Source: a virus (lineage: Duplodnaviria > Caudoviricetes). From it: a DNA stretch of 25,941 nt. The stretch lies in the IMG/VR virus record IMGVR_UViG_3300020409_000068, positions 1 to 25,941 of that record. One strand, written 5' to 3'. The position numbers and the translations under genes are program-made. Below are positions 24,143-25,941 of this stretch, piece by piece. The notes under the pieces were generated by a model. The model was not told where the DNA came from. It did no database searches and worked only from the letters and a program-made list of their open reading frames with translations. Positions within the stretch are counted from its first letter, which is position 1. Each line of letters opens with the position of its first letter.

Positions 24143-25941
24143 ATGCCACAGAATACCAACTTAAATTCATCTCCATATTTTGATGATTTTAATGAGTTAA
24201 AAAATTATCAAAAGGTACTATTCAAACCAGGCTTACCTGTACAGTCTAGAGAACTTACAACACTACAATCTATTCTACAAAACCAAGTAGAAAAGTTTGG
24301 TAAGCACTTTTTTAAAGAAGGTGCTGTTGTAATTCCTGGCCAGATTGCATATGATTCAGAGTATACTTGTGTGCAAATTGATGATAGTCATTTAGGTATT
24401 CCTGTCTCTCTTTACTTAGAAAATCTAAAGAACAAAAAGATTAGAGGCGAGACTAGTGGTGTTACAGCAAAGGTAGAAACATATATTACAAATAGAGAAT
24501 CAGTAAAAGGTGCATACACTCTATACATCAAATATCAAAGCTCTAGTGATACTGATTTTTCAAGAAGAACATTTGCAGACGGAGAAAATCTTTTATTAGA
24601 AGAGGATATGAATTATTCTCTGTCTAGTATCAGATCTGGTGCTAGTTTTGCAACAACAATTATTTCAAATGCAACTGCTACTGGTTCTGCAGCAAAGATT
24701 GCTTCTGGAATTTATTTCATCAGAGGTTTCTTTGTAACTGTTTCAGATTCCACAGTTATCTTGGATCAGTATGGCAGTACACCTTCATATAGAATTGGAC
24801 TTTTAGTTAACGAAGAACTTATAACTGCATCTGCCATAGATAATGATCTATATGATAATGCAAGAGGTTTCTCAAACTTTGCAGCGCCTGGAGCAGATAG
24901 ATTTAAACTATCCACAACTTTAATCAAGAAGTCTCTCACAGATTTGAATGATGAGAACTTTGTAGAATTGATGAGAGTTGAAAATGGTAATCTACAAAAG
25001 TTTGTTAAATCAGGAACTAAGATTAACGAAGTTATTAATGATGAATTAGCAAGAAGAACATTTGATGAATCTGGAAACTATTATATCAAACCATTTCCAA
25101 TAGTTCCTAAAGAACAATTAAATAACAGAATCGGAAATGATGGTGCATATTATTCTTCACAATTAACACAACAAGGAAATGTGCCTTCTGATGATTTCAT
25201 GTGTTTGTCTATTGGGCCAGGAAAAGCATATGTTAAGGGATATGAAATAGAAACTCTCAACACTACAACAGTTGATGTTCCTAAGCCTCGTACCACTCAA
25301 AAAATAGAGAATGAATCTTTACCGTTCAGTGTAGGTAGACAAGTTGAACTTAATCATGTTAGTGGTTCACCTCCAATAGGTGTTGGAACAGATTCTCATG
25401 TAAATCTATTCAATAAAAGAACAGTCACAGTAGGTGAAGGCAATGGAACACAAGTCGGTGTTGCCAGAGTTTATGACTTGAAGTTAAAGAATGTAGGTTA
25501 CGCTGATTCTTCTACTATATTTGAATCATCTTTATATGATATTCAAACATTCACATACTTACAATTAAACACAGCAACTACTGTACCCCTTCCAGCATAT
25601 ATTGAAGGTCAAAATAGTAATGCTGTAGGATTTGCATATACATCTTCTAACAACTCTAGTCAAATTACTTTATACCAAGTAAATGGACAATTCCAAGTTG
25701 GAGAAGAAATTTTTATCAATGGTGTCACTGCCTCTAGAAGTATTACAGAGGTAGAAGATTATGGCATGGAAGATGTAAAACAGTTAGTAGGAAATGATCC
25801 TACCAATTACAAATTTAGTGCAGATGCTGTATTAAATTTGGGTCATCTACTTGCTCCAGTTGCAACTCAATATACAATAAGTGCTAAGTCTGGTGCTGCA
25901 TCCACTATCACATCTCCAAGTGCAAACTTTGCTAATATTGG
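24143..25941 (+). CDS. DUF4815 / VrlC-like large virion structural protein, 3'-truncated by the window edge
   Basis: Absent from the ORF track because no stop falls in the window. It starts MPQNTNLNSSPYFDDFNELKNYQKVLFKPGLPVQSRELTTLQSILQNQVEKFG, then NFAAPGADRFKL, LARRTFDESGNY and GPGKAYVKGYEI in the same frame. This is the usual gene after gp8 in T4-like cyanophages. Confidence 0.9.
   Translation, partial: MPQNTNLNSSPYFDDFNELKNYQKVLFKPGLPVQSRELTTLQSILQNQVEKFGKHFFKEGAVVIPGQIAYDSEYTCVQIDDSHLGIPVSLYLENLKNKKIRGETSGVTAKVETYITNRESVKGAYTLYIKYQSSSDTDFSRRTFADGENLLLEEDMNYSLSSIRSGASFATTIISNATATGSAAKIASGIYFIRGFFVTVSDSTVILDQYGSTPSYRIGLLVNEELITASAIDNDLYDNARGFSNFAAPGADRFKLSTTLIKKSLTDLNDENFVELMRVENGNLQKFVKSGTKINEVINDELARRTFDESGNYYIKPFPIVPKEQLNNRIGNDGAYYSSQLTQQGNVPSDDFMCLSIGPGKAYVKGYEIETLNTTTVDVPKPRTTQKIENESLPFSVGRQVELNHVSGSPPIGVGTDSHVNLFNKRTVTVGEGNGTQVGVARVYDLKLKNVGYADSSTIFESSLYDIQTFTYLQLNTATTVPLPAYIEGQNSNAVGFAYTSSNNSSQITLYQVNGQFQVGEEIFINGVTASRSITEVEDYGMEDVKQLVGNDPTNYKFSADAVLNLGHLLAPVATQYTISAKSGAASTITSPSANFANI

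Noticed and set aside
1-25941. Apparent absence of GGATCC and GGTACC
   Set aside because: Only a few copies are expected in 26 kb, and a manual scan is not reliable enough. It needs a genome-wide count.
1-25941. tRNA, rRNA or other structured RNA genes
   Set aside because: Intergenic gaps are under 100 nt and are explained by promoters and a terminator. No cloverleaf or rRNA-like sequence was seen.

Overview
This is an AT-rich, all-plus-strand late (virion structural) region of a T4-like marine cyanophage-type myovirus. The gene order is: a 5'-truncated GT-A-fold glycosyltransferase-like gene; three small ORFs missing from the ORF track (54, 51 and 45 aa); baseplate genes gp25 and gp6; a 2999-aa gp7-like wedge initiator; a 340-aa gp9/gp10-headed short fibre/adaptor; a second giant 2995-aa structural protein; gp8; and a 3'-truncated DUF4815/VrlC-like virion protein. 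T4-type late promoter motifs (TATAAATA and variants) and one intrinsic terminator lie in the intergenic gaps. Three observations stand out. (1) The two 3000-aa proteins look like halves of one ~6000-aa gp7 cut through two nested domains by a ~1.5-kb cassette carrying the gp9/gp10-like gene. (2) The second giant holds ~17 copies of one beta-domain arranged as a nested 'Russian-doll' stack, in which orphan strands match the number of strand-less domains. (3) Across the window CCWGG occurs only as GCCWGG or CCWGGC, and GGWCC and CCGG were not found, which suggests a context-dependent DNA modification/restriction interplay. All counts are manual, and family assignments come from motif recognition rather than database searches.
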